NCBI RefSeq assembly: GCF_009914755.1
Contig: NC_060945.1
From: the human T2T-CHM13v2.0 reference genome, Homo sapiens
DNA: 64,000 nt
Direction: 5' to 3' (one strand)
The position numbers were made by a program, and so were the translations under genes. This document shows, in pieces, positions 11,972 through 27,614 of this stretch (its first letter is position 1; each line of letters begins with the position of its first letter). A model generated the notes under the pieces. It made no database searches and had not been told where the DNA came from. It saw nothing but the letters and a program-made list of their open reading frames with translations.

Positions 11972-12483
11972 CAAATTTATCGGGTGGAGGGATTGATCGG
12001 AGAGGGCAGATCCTCAGGTTCAACACAAGAACTGGATTGGAAAAGGTCATTGTAGGTTGATGTGAGCATCTTGGGTACATAGCCCATTGCCCTTAATGAT
12101 GGTTTCTTACTGTTTCTCTGGGTTGTTTGTCAGATAGCCTTTAATTTTAATTATTTTTCCTTCCCTTTGCTACCTTGGCCCTTTTAAATTCTTGTGTTTA
12201 ACCTAATGCTCAGCCTTGGTACTCCATTCCCTTCTCCTTCCCCTCTTTGCTACTATTAAAAGTCGGAGAAGTGGAATTCAAACGTTGAAATTTCCACGGG
12301 GCTATAGTTGTATCTTAATAATGCCAAGTGTCAAAACAACCCCATTAAAATGCCGCCTGATTAAATAATGTGCTGCTAAATATAGTGCACATGAAAACAG
12401 CAAGACTGTATATATATGTAAATATATATATATATCTGTATCTTTGTATGTATCTCTGTATCTGTACCTTTGCTGTATCTTTT

Positions 12484-12489
12484 AATAAA
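12484..12489 (+). terminator. Candidate poly(A) signal for the exon-7a isoform
   Basis: AATAAA preceded by several TGTA motifs and followed by a U/GU-rich tract. Confidence 0.65.
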
Positions 12490-15400
12490 CAGTTTACTTT
12501 TATTTAACTTGTTGTGCAAAATCACGCTTGGGGGATGTGGGAGGGTGGAGTCTTAATAGGGGGGTGGGAGTTTTAATTACTATAGATTAGTTGTCATCGC
12601 CTCTTGCCCTTGGTTTCCAAAGCCCAGACTTTTGCCAAGGACTGGACTAGGTATCTGATGCCCATCTGGACATTTTTCTTGCAGTTCTTGGATATGTAGA
12701 TCAGAGACACCTGTACTCTTCACTGTAGGTTCCCTTCCTTGGCTTGGCCATATCATCATCTTCCAGTAAACACCTCCAATTCTACAAATAAATCCTGTTT
12801 ATAAAATCAGAAAGTGAACAGAACCCAAATCAGAAACTTTTTGATAGCAGTACTTTTCTCCCCAAGCTATTCACAGCTGACATTTTCACTTTTTTTTTGT
12901 TTGTTTGACCTGCAGCATTTTGAGAGAACAAGTTCTGTACAATGAAGCTGGACATGATAACTAGCCAGTGCAACTTACAGTTACTGGTGATAATCTGTAT
13001 TCCCATGGGATTCAACAAGTGAAGCAAGTTATGCCATCACCAGTTAAGAGGGAGATAGTTGGTTTGGATAATATTTTAGTGAGACCATTTGAGTTGTTAA
13101 TCCCCCAATCAGGCTACCTGCATATCTCAAGAGAGAAAGGTTAACTGACATGTGCAGCTGACTTAATCTTCTTGTAGTAGCTGAATAGAAACCATGATAA
13201 GAGGGTTGAACAGGCTTACTTAGAAATCCTAATATGTATGCTTTTAGTAATTTCCTGCAGTTTAAGCATTTAAAAAAGAGTTGGAAAAAAAAATAGGTAG
13301 GGAGAGAGTCTGTATGACAAATATTTTCCACTGAAGACTTAACAAATATTGCAGAATTCCAAGGGATCTTCCTGAGAAGATAAGTGAGCATAACTGTTTT
13401 GAATTTCTTCGGTTCAATCATGGGGAAAGTGCTTAGTAACTCCTGATGCTTACACTTTTTTGAGAGAGAGAGAGTGTGTGTGTGCGTCTATTTATTTGAA
13501 ATTTAGTACTCAGCCATTTTCAATCTTAACACTGAGTGTGGTGCCTTAGCCTTGTTTGTCATCAAAAGTTGTCAGATTTTAATTAAAGGTTGAGGAGAAT
13601 TATTCTTAAATCTGGTGGGAAAAGTTGATAGAGAAAGGTACTCAAATAATGGTGACATTATTTTTTGTTAAAAAAATTTTTTTTCTTACCAAAGAAGAAT
13701 CCTAGAAGGTAAAATTATTTTACAATTCTTTTCAAAGGGCTAAATGAATAAAGCAGATGATGTCTCTTGTGGGACGATATATGTAACTATTTGATATAAA
13801 ACCTCTTTAAGCTGCTTAGAAGATTAGACTCAAAAGAACATACAGATTAATTCTAAAGAAGAGAATCCCAAAATACAAGGGCAAAGAGGCAGGATTGCCT
13901 TTTGCTTTCATATCTGCACTTTTACCTGGCAATAATGTTAAAATGTGTAGAGGAAATAGTCACAATTTAAAATGTTTAGTTCCAGTTATTTAGTGACCAT
14001 CTAAATATACTATATTGTATATATAGAAGGTAAAAGTAATGAATTTATTATTTATACAATTAGTGTTATATATACCAATGTTGTGAAATACTTTTGGTAA
14101 CACTTCGTGGGAGCATTAACCCTTTTGATTCCTTGTTAGAGTTTGAAATAAAGGCTTCTAGAGTAAAAGGAGATAGTTCTTTTAAATGGTCAACCTTTGA
14201 ACTGAATAGTAATTTTTATCTATGCCTTTTTCATTTTAATAAATATAAATGGAGTTTGTGGTTCTTTGTTGTTGAGCATAAAACATTTAGGCAAAGATCA
14301 CAGATTTTATCTCCATAAGAGGGCTGAATTAGCTTTGCTGTAATCCCTAATCCCACCAATTGTCTTGCATATGAATGCTCTTTGACATGAGTATGAATGG
14401 ATAGACATTGTGGATGAAGCAGCATAAATTCATTTCTTATGGAAAAACAACTCATCAGACTGTGTGCGGTACTGCCATAGCATCGTCTTCATACTCAGAA
14501 ACCAGCCAGCATCATCCTCAGTAAGGAGTGACTACAGAACTTTGACTGTATTTGTGTGAATTTGATTTATAAACAATGAAATAAAATGTTGGAAAACTAA
14601 TATTTTAAAAATAGTCCTCAGGGGCATTAATTCTTGGTAATAAAGTTAGTAGAGGTTTATTGAGTAGAAGATTAGGATGTAATCTTTGACATAAGTGGAG
14701 TAGTAACTACTCAACTATTAGTGTGGAGTTTTCATGGATTTAGTATCAATCAAATGTTTTAGGGGTCCAGAGGTAGTATTGTTAAGGTCTAGTGAATGCT
14801 TAGATGTTAAGATCATCTTTATGTTAAGCAGTTTACTGGTTTGTATTTATCAAATCATATTTCCACATCCCAATGGAATTACAATTTTTTTAAATTTATA
14901 AGCTCTAAATGTATAGGAAAACTTGGAGAAAAATGAAAATTTTAATTGGAAATTAAACACATAGGTCCCGGCACTGCTAGAATGTGTAATATACAGCCTT
15001 GTTATTCTTTCCTTCCTAGATTCTCTTATGTGGTTAACGCTGAATTTCTCTGAACCATTTAGTAGGTTATCTATTTGTTTTCCCGTTGTACTTCATTTAG
15101 TCTATTATACACTAGAGAATTTTGTATGATACAATAAAAAGATTCGTAATTCACTTTTTAAAGCCAACCAAACACATAACTGGGACATTCTGTGGCTTTT
15201 ATTTTTGTAGTTGTCATTTTGCTCTTGTATGCATTAACCTCTTTATATTTTAATATTTGCTAAATATTCTAAAATCATGTTTTATATACAGGCCAGATGC
15301 TTTTACCTTAGGTCTATTTTCTTATAATTAAAGTTTTCCTTTTATGCCTGCTTTTGAGATATCTGTGATTACCAATAATAGAAAATAATTTTCTGGTTAT

Positions 15401-16405
15401 AGGTATTTTCCTTATCTGACTCACCCCATCCTAACAATTATCTTTAGCTCTTTTATATCCTTTCACTGATATTCTAAGAAGTCTCTTAAAATATTGTTCT
15501 TTTTATGTCAACAGTTGTGTTAACAAAAGGAGTAAATGGATTTAGAAGAATTTCCTAAATGAGAAATAAAAATGTAAAAGGCTCACTTAAATGTATTAAT
15601 ATAGGTCATGAAATGCATGTTATATGGTGCCAGTTGCATTATGGTAATTTCATTATGCCTCAGACACCTTTGTAGGTTTTATAAGAAGTAGTTGTCTGCT
15701 TTCTTGCTGAGGGAGAGAGAGTGAAGAATTTGGGCAGTTTTTATTTACCTGAGATTTGTAATTCAGGACACTTTTTATGTAAATTTCACCTTTTAGAGCA
15801 AAGGTGAAAAGTCAGTAAACATTTCCCCCATTATCATACCTAGAATATTACTACAGAATTATTTTTATACACTAGGTAACATGCTAGTCTTATAGTGTAT
15901 TGGTAGAAACTAAGGCTTGTTGGTGACAGCTTGGTAATAGTATTCTACAGATTAAAGATTCTCTTTTTCCCAGTTTTTGGAGGGGCCTTTTACCATCATT
16001 TTGGTGCCTTTCTTATATTTCCAGTTTCTGAATATTAAACGACAGTTAAGATTCTAAAGCTCTATTGTCCAATACAGCAGTTACCAGCCCCTGAAAAATC
16101 AGGTTTTTAATCACACTAGTTACATTTCAAGTGCTCAGTAGTGATCACTGTAAGAAGTTGTACTGGGCAATGCTGCTCTAAAGGGTAGCTGTGGTATTAT
16201 GAGTGTTTCAATACTGATAAGTAACATCGGGTTTGACCCTTAAACATTGCTGCTTTGGGGATTGTATTGGCTTTTTATGCCTCATTGTATAACTTGAGTT
16301 ACCTTGAAAGGCTGGAAACAGGCTTTTTGATGTAAACTTTTGAGGATCTTTATGAGGTTAAGATAATCTTGATTCATTCTACTTTGAGTATATGTTTTCG
16401 CATTA

Positions 16406-16721
<316 letters not shown>

Positions 16722-18996
16722 TGAAACCAGTAGTCAAATTACTATTTGGTAATACATTTTTGACATGAACTTGCAGCTCCCTTGGTAAGTCTGTTGAAGA
16801 GTAAATGAAGTTTTACTACCTCAGGAAAAACATAGTTGTAATTTTATTTAAATATCAAGGTTGCTATAATAAAATTCCTTTCAGAATCATGAGTTTAATA
16901 TGAAACACTAAGATTTGAAGAGTTTCATTCTGGGGATAAATGGTGAGGCATTTAGGTTAAACGTTTAATAAAGGCTAAGAGAGAAGAACATTCGCAGGTG
17001 TAATAGTTTGCTTTCCACTTGGAAAGAATTAGTTTTATTCTAGAAGTTATATTTTAGAGCCATCTGAATAGATGAGTAGCTAATTTATAGTTGGAAATTA
17101 GGGATCAGGAGTTGGGATAGTGGGTAGACACATTTTCCCCAGTATCCTCAGATTTTAGCCTTGTTAGAATAAAAGCCTATTATTTATGCCTAAGCACCCT
17201 AACACTTAGATTTATAGAGACTGCTAGGAAAAGCAAAGTAAGTGTGAGAAGGTTAATGAGACAGTACTTGTCGCATCTTGTGTGCCTTCAAAAATTACCT
17301 TGATAATCCTACCTGACAAAACATCTTAAGGTAGGCCTAGGGGGACATGAATTTTCACCTGAAATATCTGCATTCTCATTAAAGTCCCAGGAATCAAACA
17401 GACTTAAGTGAAAGATGACATACTAAGTTTCTTAGTGTTTCAATCTCACTTTGCTTAGATTAATATTTCTAATAGGTCTTAGAATTGTTCTAATTTGTGT
17501 GATGATTTACTTAAATCAACTTAGCGAAATTACAGTTGAGAGATTCAATTTGAAAGATGCATTCTGCAGTTGATTAGACTGTTTATAGATCTCTAGAAAG
17601 ATTTATATATTAACATAAACAGTCTTAATTACAGAAAGGATTAATTTTGTTTTCATTTTAAGAAGGCATTGTATCAGAATCCATACTTAAAGAAAAACCT
17701 TGAGTTAGCTAAAGGAATATTAGTTTATTAGCAAGGTAACTAAGAATTATGGAGGATTAGGGGTTCTGAAGGTAAGAAAGATTTGTGAATCCTTATGCAT
17801 GAGTTATAATTATTCTCATAGTCATACAGCCTTCTCTACTAGACAGGTCTTATTCTTAAGAGAAGTCTTTTATACATGATACATAGTCTTAATTACAGCT
17901 AGCCTCTACTTGTAAAAAAGAAAATCCTTAGCCGTTAGCTATTTACTGACTTCCCCGTATTTGTTATGTTCATGCAGTGTCTACTTATTCTTTGTATATG
18001 AAAACAGCAAAATCTTCCATGTCAGATAAGCATTTTACAAAAATGAATTTTCTTGTGTGAGATAACTAGGAAATAATAATAATGTTAAAAGAAGGACAAA
18101 AACCAAGAAATGAGTTGATAAAAATCAACTCGAGCTTTTAATTTTAGAACAAAAAAAATAACAAATACTTATCTTGATGTGTTTTTCATTCTGTGGTTAA
18201 ACCTTCCACAAATCTGACAAATTAAGAATTGGCTCCAAAGATTACTTTGAAAAAAAAAGTTTCTTCCACTTGCCGTAAGGTTTTAAAAGGTAGAATATGA
18301 GCTTTGAAAAGAAACAAAAGTGTTTCAGTTGATGTTATGGACTTCCACAGAAATATTGTAATTATAAATAGTGTAATATACTTAATATAAGTAATAAGTG
18401 TGTATAAACTGAAAACATGGTTCATTTATTTATATCCTGAATATATTGTTTAAAGAAATTGGGTTCTTAAGACCAAAGTGTCCACAACTGGAAGATGTTA
18501 AAGATACGCTGATGAGTAAAGGAGTGATCATAGTGGTTTTCTGCTTGCTTGTTCAGTAATTTTGCTTACTGCTCTTGAAGGTTATGCTAATGAGTAAAAT
18601 GAAAACTGCTAAGGAATGTAATAACCTTACCACAGTTCAAAAAATTTGCAGTTTACTATAAATGGCTTTCAATCATGAAGAGTAGCGAGTTTTAAGTTCT
18701 TAATGGAACTTTCTATGATTATAGTTTGATATATATATATAATAGAAAATTGACTAAATTCAGTCAGATTTTGGGTTCAGTTCTGCGACCTGTGTGATAC
18801 TTTGTAATTTATCTTAATCCTCTTCTGTTTTCCAAGATTACTTTCTCTTTCTGAGTCTTCTCCCTGTTTTCCAAGATTATTAGTATTATAAGACTATTAT
18901 TTTGTTTTTGATATGTAGCAACTAAAGATATGAGTACTTTTCAGAATTTAGGGGACTATGGTAATTTGAGATAATTATCTCTGTTTTCTTTCTTAG

Positions 18997-19107
18997 CCTG
19001 TGGACATCTCTACAGCAATGAGTGAACGGGCACTTGCTCAGAAAAGACTCAGTGAGAATGCATTTGATCTTGAAGCCATGAGCATGTTAAATAGAGCTCA
19101 GGAAAGG
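18997..19107 (+). CDS. SON: SON exon 7 (PVDISTAM...RAQER)
   Basis: tcttag|CCTGTG and AGG|gtatgt; 111 nt. Confidence 0.95.
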
Positions 19108-19475
19108 GTATGTAGCAGTTTTTTAAAAAAAATTATTATTTACCATCAGCCAACTCACACCAATGTACCAGTTTTAATGTCTAAATAAGAATTTTGCTAA
19201 CTAGATGGTTGAGTTGTAACATCCTTTACCTTATTTTCAATGTCTTATTTTAAATGAAAGTGATTCGAGGCCTGATCATTTATTCAATAAATGTTTATTG
19301 TTTACTATGTGGCAGGAACTGTTTCTTGAGAGAACAAAATAGAAAAATTTCCCTGTCCTCACAGAGTTTACAATCTGGTGTATAAAAACAACTAAGTGCC
19401 TACAACCCTATGAAATGTGTAGGTATTAATAGTTGCCATATTTCAGCCGAGAAAACTGAAGTAAAGGGTGGTTAA

Positions 19476-19762
<287 letters not shown>

Positions 19763-20049
19763 GAGTGATTAAGTGATATCCATAGTCACACAACTAATTA
19801 GTGGGGGAACTGGGATTCAAACCCAAGCAATCTGAATCTGGAGTCTGTGCTTTTAACAATGGACAGCCTCTCCATTTCATTTCTACTGTTTTATGGTAAA
19901 TCAGTAAGTACATGTTCAGACAGGAAATACATTGCTGACAGTGCAAGGTGTTTAGTAAATCTAATTTGTGTGAATGACAGCTGATCTTTATCACAACAAA
20001 TGTTGGTGACTGAAAAAAAGTATACAAGCTTCTTTAAAAAGTTGTTTTA

Positions 20050-20360
<311 letters not shown>

Positions 20361-20810
20361 TCAAGTGGACAGTTTCCTACATTTAAACTCTTTAAACCTG
20401 TGTCATGAATTTAGTCTGTATAAATGTCTCAAAGGAAGTAATTAAGAATCCAGGCTGTCATGACATGTATTACAATACATTTGTATGAGATAGGAAGGGA
20501 GGGTGGGGACCCATTGTCATATGAGCTCTTTTTTGCATTTTTAGTGTATCTGTGTGATAGTTTGAAGAATATTAACAGCTGTATTTTTTAGTAGCTGTGC
20601 TTTTAGATACATTTCAAAATCTTATTAATGGGATTCACTAAATGTTGTCAAACTGCTTCTTTAGAAAGTTTAGGCAAACATTTAATGTTAAATATGTTTT
20701 AAAAGTTAAATATTTAAGTCTGCTTTTCAGCCATTTTTAGTGAATTATTACCAGTGATGTTTTAATCAGGTAATTTTACTTAGTTAACTGAGACTACTTC
20801 TTTTCTTCAG

Positions 20811-20927
20811 ATTGATGCCTGGGCTCAGCTGAACTCTATTCCTGGCCAGTTCACAGGAAGTACAGGAGTACAGGTTTTGACACAAGAACAGTTGGCCAAT
20901 ACTGGTGCCCAAGCCTGGATTAAAAAG
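20811..20927 (+). CDS. SON: SON exon 8 (IDAWAQLN...AWIKK)
   Basis: ttcag|ATTGAT and AAG|gtacac; 117 nt. Confidence 0.95.
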
Positions 20928-21273
20928 GTACACAGTATATGCACATATGAAAGTGTCGAACAAAAAGTTTAAATTTTTTGGAAACTGTTTATTAAAACTG
21001 CATGAAAAGACCAGTGACTCTAACCAAAGTTCCAAGTAAATTTGCTATGTGTATATGCTCCAGGGCGGACACTGAAGACGGACTGGATTCATGAGAAAAT
21101 GGCAAATGTATAAATGTGGCTCAAGAGCCACTAACTTATAAGGTTATTTTAAAAATTGTTACTGCTGCTTTTGAAGGGGTGATTTAACTTTATTTTGAAC
21201 GCTAATAGTGTATCAGGTGCTGTTCAGAATATTCCACAGTTCCTGCTGGACTACTAACCTAATCATTTCAAAG

Positions 21274-21700
21274 CAGTGGTTCTCAAATTTTTCTTCATCA
21301 TGGGATACTTTATTACAGGTTTATTTTTAGTGGATCACTGCCCCCAAGAGCCCTCTACCACCTTAATTTTCCATTCCTCTATTCCTTTGCCCTCGCACCC
21401 CACCCGCTTCATTAGTGCCTGTGCCTTCTTGTAAGATCTCTTGGCCCCCGTTCCTCACTCCTCTTGTGACCTGTAGCCCCAGGACCTTTTGGTTGTCAGC
21501 TGCTGGTTACAGCAAGTGGTTGGGAGGCCCTAGTATTAGCTCTGCATGTGGTGATCTTGCCATGGGACTGGAAGCCTGAGGGAGGATGGCTGGAGTGGGG
21601 TGGGCTGTGGTGAAGGGGATGGGATGGAGATTAATCTGTGGACCACCATTTAGGCCCTAGTGGCCTCTGGTGATCCACAGGCTCAATTTGAGAACCACTA
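21274..21700. mobile_element. hAT-Charlie-like non-autonomous DNA transposon
   Basis: terminal inverted repeats cagtggttctcaaa and tttgagaaccacta. Confidence 0.65.
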
Positions 21701-24388
21701 ATTTCATGACAAAACAGATATGTAAGACCTAAAATCAAGGGAGAGAATGGACGCCTCGTGCTACGAAGATGTAGGTGCATCTGGTTTCAGATTCTGCAGT
21801 GAGACCTGTGAACTCCACCTACGGCTGCCTCATCATTGGGGGAGTCTTAGGTGGCTAAGAAGGGCATTCTGAAGAAACGCGTTGTGGTGAAGGGACAAAG
21901 CTTGGTTGGATGGGTGATGGGAAATTTGTTACAGGAGTACTGGCAGCATAGCAGTGCTGAAACTGGGAGGCCGCGTGGTCTAATGGATTGGGAAGGTTTC
22001 TTTATCCTGTTGTACTCCTGACTCCTTGTGTAATCATGGGCAAGTAACTCTTTGGAATTTCAAAGTCTCTGAGGTGTCTAGTGGTAATCAGTAACGTGAT
22101 GGTTACCTATAGAGAGTTGCTATGAGTGCCAGTGAATGAGCTGAATTTCTGAAAAATGAGACATTGGTTGCTTTGTGTATTTTAATCTTGTAACATTTAT
22201 TTCAATTTTGATAGCTTTATCTTTGTTGATCTTACTAACAAATTAATATGAAACATCATGTATACTCATTATGCCTGCCTTTTTTTGGGAAGTAGTTGCA
22301 CTGATGTGTATAGTGAGTACACAGTTAGATTCATTAAGAAATTACAATTTCTGCAGTTTGCTGAGGGTTGGTGTTAGAATAAAGGGTGAAAATGTATATA
22401 GCAAAATATTTTAAAGATTGGATTAATCTTGGACTTCTATATTATAGTTACTATGAAAGTGATTTATATAATATTTGAAAAAATGTCTTTCATCTTTGGA
22501 AGAACTATAAATGTACATCTATTTCTTTAGTTTTAATTCTTTAATACTATTTAGTCTTGAAGCTAAGTACTCAGCCAGTATTTCAGGAAGTTAGAAATAA
22601 AGCTTATGGGTGTTAAAATAGGCACATAATACAGAGTCATGTACACTGCTAGGTAGAAACTTCTGAATGTGCTTCCATTACAAAATTTTGGTCTTTATCT
22701 AATGATGTGCTGATCCATAATGTTTGTATACTTATAAATGTGTTAATAACTTAAATAACTTTTAAAAAGTGAATCTTTTACTGACTCAATTGGTTTTCCC
22801 CTAAAATAATTTCTTCTGGTATTTGCAGTCTTGTAGGCAGTTAACAGACTTTAATAACTTTAAAATGTTTAGTAGCACCTTGAAAAAAGGCTTCAACTTT
22901 ATATTTTATGTAAGATATACTTTGGGAAGCAAATTATTTTGATAAATTATGAGATAAAGATATGTTCAGACCAAATTTTAAATTATAGATAAAAGTAGCA
23001 CTTAAAGGAAAAGATTCATTTGTATAGAATTACTGAAGAATATTTGATGCTAGTATCAACTAAAAAAGAAACTTTTGAAAATTAAAAATGGGCCACAACA
23101 TGTAGAAGTCATTAGGCAGCTGAAAATTTAGGATGTATGATCCATGTTAAATATCACAAATATTGTCTACTCATTAAATGTTTAGTTGTGTTTAGAAAAC
23201 CTGTCAAACGATCATTTTGGCTCTTCTTTAGTATAGTCCAGCATCTGCCTTATGTGTTAAAAAACACATGGAATACCAACATCCTCCGTGTTCTTTTTAG
23301 TTTGTTGCAGTGTATTTTTAGATTACAAAAAAAGCAAAGTTTTATCAGTAGTCTCATTAATCAGTAAAACATTTAAAGTAGTTCGTTTAAAAGAAATTTT
23401 ATTTCTAGAATGGAATGATTTGGATGTGACCTGATAAATACAGTTTGTTATTGTGGTCTCATTAAATTAATCAGCTTTTTCACACTGGGGTAAAGAAACA
23501 GATGATGATACTAGGGAATGGAAACAAAATTGGAAACCTGGGTTATTTGGGGATTTATATTGTACTCTGCACAGTTGCCCTTTTTTTTAGGCGTGTTCCC
23601 TGGAAAAGAGGGACGGATGAACCTGGAAGTAAGTAAAAGACATTCTAGGTGTGTAGCATCAAGGCAGTTAATATCCAAGCATCAGCTTTCTCTTTATACA
23701 TCTACACTGCATGGCCTGCACCAAATAAGGAACTGAACCAGGGGTATGTTTTTACCTCCACAGCTGCCTCCTTCCATCAGAGCACCTTGATGAACTTAAT
23801 GTCTAGTCACACGTCATTGGCATGTTTTCTCCCCAGCATTTAATTACAAAGCTGGGAAACAAAAGATGATAGATACAGTTTTACTACTGCATACAAACAT
23901 TTCTTTTTTACATTCAGTATTAACTTATCAATATAGGAGATGTGCATACTATTTCCTGAGCTACTGAAGTTTTTTTACTCTCTCTGTTGATAAGTTAATG
24001 ACTTTTGCTATATTATATATTTATATATATATATATATATATTTGGTAAGAGAACATAAAAACCTAAAATTTAGTAACAAGGGGAAAATAAAGCATGATT
24101 TGGAGATATGTTTCAAATTTTTAAAAAATGACCATAAAGATCAACAGTACAACTTAATACTGTTTGCTATATGTACATGGATGCCCTTTAATAAGAGGCA
24201 TTGAATATTTCTTAACCTGTAAAAATAACTGTTGACCATGCTAATGTATATATACTTGTGCATCTTAGGACATTAAGTGGTTTGCTGCTTTGATGGAAAT
24301 TATGGTTCAGTGGGTTGGATACAAGAGAGATGACTGTTCACAGAATAACCTGTGAACTTTCACCCCTCTGTATGGAAACTTGTTTCAG

Positions 24389-24468
24389 GGCCAAATCCTT
24401 GTAGCTGTCTTCTTGCCCCGGTCAGTGCCAGCCGTACTATTCACAACACTGCTGCTACCGAGGCCTAG
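24389..24468 (+). CDS. SON: SON 80-nt frameshifting cassette exon (GQILVAVFLPRSV...PRPR, then ISS-stop)
   Basis: tttcag|GGCCAA and TAG|gtatgt; inclusion gives TAA at 25156-25158; peptide matches a recalled SON isoform C tail. Confidence 0.7.
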
Positions 24469-25145
24469 GTATGTAAACATTTAAGGAGTTTTTTAAAAGT
24501 CTTTTAACATCAAGCTAGGTTTTAAAAGAATTCAAATTCATTTTGGCATACTTACAGGATATTTTATGTGATTGTTTTCTATTTGTTACTGTGTAAATTT
24601 CAAGAGTTTTTTTTTTTTTTTCTGCTTTAGGGATTTTCTAAGTAAAATATTTATACTTGCTTTATAGTAGAATGGGGAAGAAAACTTTGGATGACAACAG
24701 TATGCTTCTTCAGTGTCTAAACTATTTCTAAGTGATTTCTGGGCTTTATTCATAAACTAGGTACACCTGGGACAATTAATATCATTGATTGTTTTAACAT
24801 TGCCTTCTTTTTATTTTGCAAGCTAAGAAGAGATACCAGTGAACCTAAATAGTGGACGAAAACAGGAGTGTTCTAATTTTTTTTTTTTGAGGGGGGCACG
24901 AGGGCTACTGTTTCAAAACTGCCATTTACTTGTCTTATTTGACTTCCAAAATACTATTACGTTAATGTGCAAATAATCAGAACATACACACTACAGTATG
25001 TATAAAGTATAGAGGAATTTACATTTAATTGCTATAACAGATCTAGAAGTAAAGTAAGATTCCTCTTTTTAGAAAGTAAACAATGAATCTGTCACCAAGT
25101 TCTAACTGTAAAATGGGGACATTTTACCTTTCTTTCTTTGGATAG

Positions 25146-25293
25146 GATCAGTTCTTAAGAGCAGCCCCGGTAACTGGAGGAATGGGAGCCGTTTTGATGA
25201 GAAAAATGGGCTGGAGAGAAGGAGAAGGATTAGGAAAAAACAAAGAAGGCAACAAGGAACCCATCCTAGTTGATTTTAAGACAGACCGAAAAG
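25146..25293 (+). CDS. SON: SON exon 9, G-patch domain
   Basis: gatag|GATCAG and AAAG|gtaac; GAVLMRKMGWREGEGLGKNKEG G-patch motif. Confidence 0.96.
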
Positions 25294-26363
25294 GTAACAA
25301 GTTCTTTTTTGGAATGTTTATTAACGTCTCCTTTAACATTACCTTTAATATATCCTTTTGAACCCAGTGATACTGAACTGAAGGCACTTCTTGTATATAT
25401 ACAGGTATTTGTCAGAAAAAACATTAACCCCTTTTGGGGTTCACAGAGCAGCTTATTTTTATATAACTATGGATAGAGACACCAGTTTGAACTTTTAAAA
25501 GGCACCTTTTGTTATGCTAGTTGCTAAATATGGAAATGTGTATATATCTAATTTTATTATTACACCTCCAAATTCAACTGGATTTCATGTTTAGAAAACA
25601 GGATTTCCATTTTATTTTCTCTTGACAAGGAACCATCCTTTTTTCTAGAGTTTAGTTTATTTTTTGTTAGATATTTTAGCACATCTTCATTATTTCCTAT
25701 TACAATACTGTTTAGTCTAGATTTCATAAACCCTGTTTGCTTTTTTCTTCCAAGCTCAGTAGTTAAGTTGGGTTAGAGTATAGTAGACCAGCTGCTGACA
25801 ATAATGTTACTTCTTCCTGTTGCCTTGTGTTAAGGCATCTTGGAACTGTTAGCATTGACTGTATTTTCCTTTTACCTTCAGATACCTGGGCAGGGCAGCA
25901 CTGTGTCTTCTATGTAGCTTGTATGTAGTTGCTAAGTATTTAATCATTCCCACAGATGATAGCTAATTGGCGTCTTTTAAATAACTTCTTCCCTTGGAAT
26001 AATGTAAGTGGAATCATGAGAGGCTTGCCAGCTCAGTATGATTTTTGTATAGCTTGTTTAAACCTCATTTATAAAAGCTGACAAATGTAAAACTGGGATT
26101 TATTTTCATCTTTGTAATCAAACAGTAAGTTGAAGCTAACTTCAATAGTTAAACTGTCTTAATGAATTTGGAAATGAACTAGCTCTGCACCAAATACTTT
26201 GATGTTAAGTATTGTACAATTTCAGGAAGCATTGTCCTTGGAATTGTGGGACATGGCCTGACTGTAAGCTCTCAGAGAACCACAGATTTCCCAGGATAGG
26301 TTTAGAAAAGCTTATATTAGCATGGAATTATTTAGCAAAGGTTGAAAAATTTCCTGTAACATA

Positions 26364-26586
26364 CAGGATGAGCATCCCACATCTGGAAACCTGAAATGCT
26401 TTAAAACAGAAAACTTTTTGAATACTGATATGATGCTCAAAGGAAATACTCATTGGTGCATTTTGGATTTCAGCCTCTTCAGATTTGGGATGCTTGACCG
26501 CTAAATACAATGCAAATATTTGAAAACCTGGAATCAACCAACACACTTCTGGTCCCAAGCATTTTGGATAAGGAATACTCAACCTG
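26364..26586. mobile_element. Tigger4/MER46-like DNA transposon
   Basis: caggatgagcatcc...ggaatactcaacctg inverted termini flanked by TA. Confidence 0.7.
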
Positions 26587-26880
26587 TATATGAATTGGGA
26601 AAGCAGTGTTTGGGTTTAGCAATGTAGCTAATCCCCTTTGTAATAAGTCTATGGAGAGAGAGGTTATGTAGAAAGGTTATGTTCATATTTTGAGAACATC
26701 TCCCATTTGTTAGGAAGGGAGAGGAGAGTTTGCTAGGAAAAAAGGGACCTATTTTATTTGGAGACAACCGTTTTCACCTTTTTGGTGGCTTAAAATCCTA
26801 ACCTTTTTTGGAAGAGTCTTAACTGAAGCTTATTTTTTTAAGAGACAGTAAATCTGCAGAAATCACTTGGCAATAAGCTA

Positions 26881-27172
26881 TTTTTTTTCTTTTTTTGAGA
26901 TGGAGTTTTGCTCGTTGCCCAGGCTGTCAGTGGCACGATCTTTACTCACTGCAACCTTCGCTTCCAGGTTCAAGCGATTCTCCTGCCCCAGCCTCCCGAG
27001 TAGCTGGGATTACAGGCGCGCACCACCACGCCCGGCTAATTTTTGTTTCTTTAGTAGAGACGGGGTTTCACCATGTTGGCCAGGCTGGTCTCAGACTCTT
27101 GACCTCAGGAGATCCACCCGCCTCGGCCTCCCAAAGTGCTGGGATTACAGGCATGAGCCACTGTGCCTGGCC
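26881..27172 (-). mobile_element. AluS-type element, antisense
   Basis: Alu reverse complement. Confidence 0.95.
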
Positions 27173-27432
27173 ATACTTAACTTTTTGTTTTCTGTTTACA
27201 TTTGGTATTTATTACAATTTCTCATACCAAGATCTATGAATATTAAATATAAATTTATATGCTGAAAAACAGTAAAAGAGAAGAAAGAGAAGATTGATAG
27301 AGAAATCGAGTGTACTAGGAATCTGCTGATTTTATTTGAAGGCATACATTTTGAGGTTCAGACTCCTACAGAGGGATCTTTGTTTTAAAGTGGTGCTTTG
27401 AAATTTATTTAGTGAACAATTTTTTTTTAAAG

Positions 27433-27504
27433 GTCTTGTTGCAGTAGGAGAAAGAGCACAAAAGAGGTCTGGGAACTTCTCTGCTGCAATGAAAGATCTG
27501 TCAG
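27433..27504 (+). CDS. SON: SON exon 10
   Basis: taaag|GTCTT and TCAG|gtgaga; 72 nt. Confidence 0.93.
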
Positions 27505-27614
27505 GTGAGAGCACGTTTTTGAATTTCCTCTTACCCTAATCCCACCTTGAATTCATTATTTGTTGCAGAAGTTGGTGGAAATAATTTAAAACTGGGTATT
27601 TCTCCCCCCTGCAG

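Noticed and set aside
18825-18879. 16-nt direct repeat ctgttttccaagatta upstream of SON exon 7
   Set aside because: Small local duplication with no evident frame or splice consequence
23400-23800. C/D-box-like words (ATGATGA, CTGA) in SON intron 8
   Set aside because: No terminal stem or correct box spacing for a snoRNA
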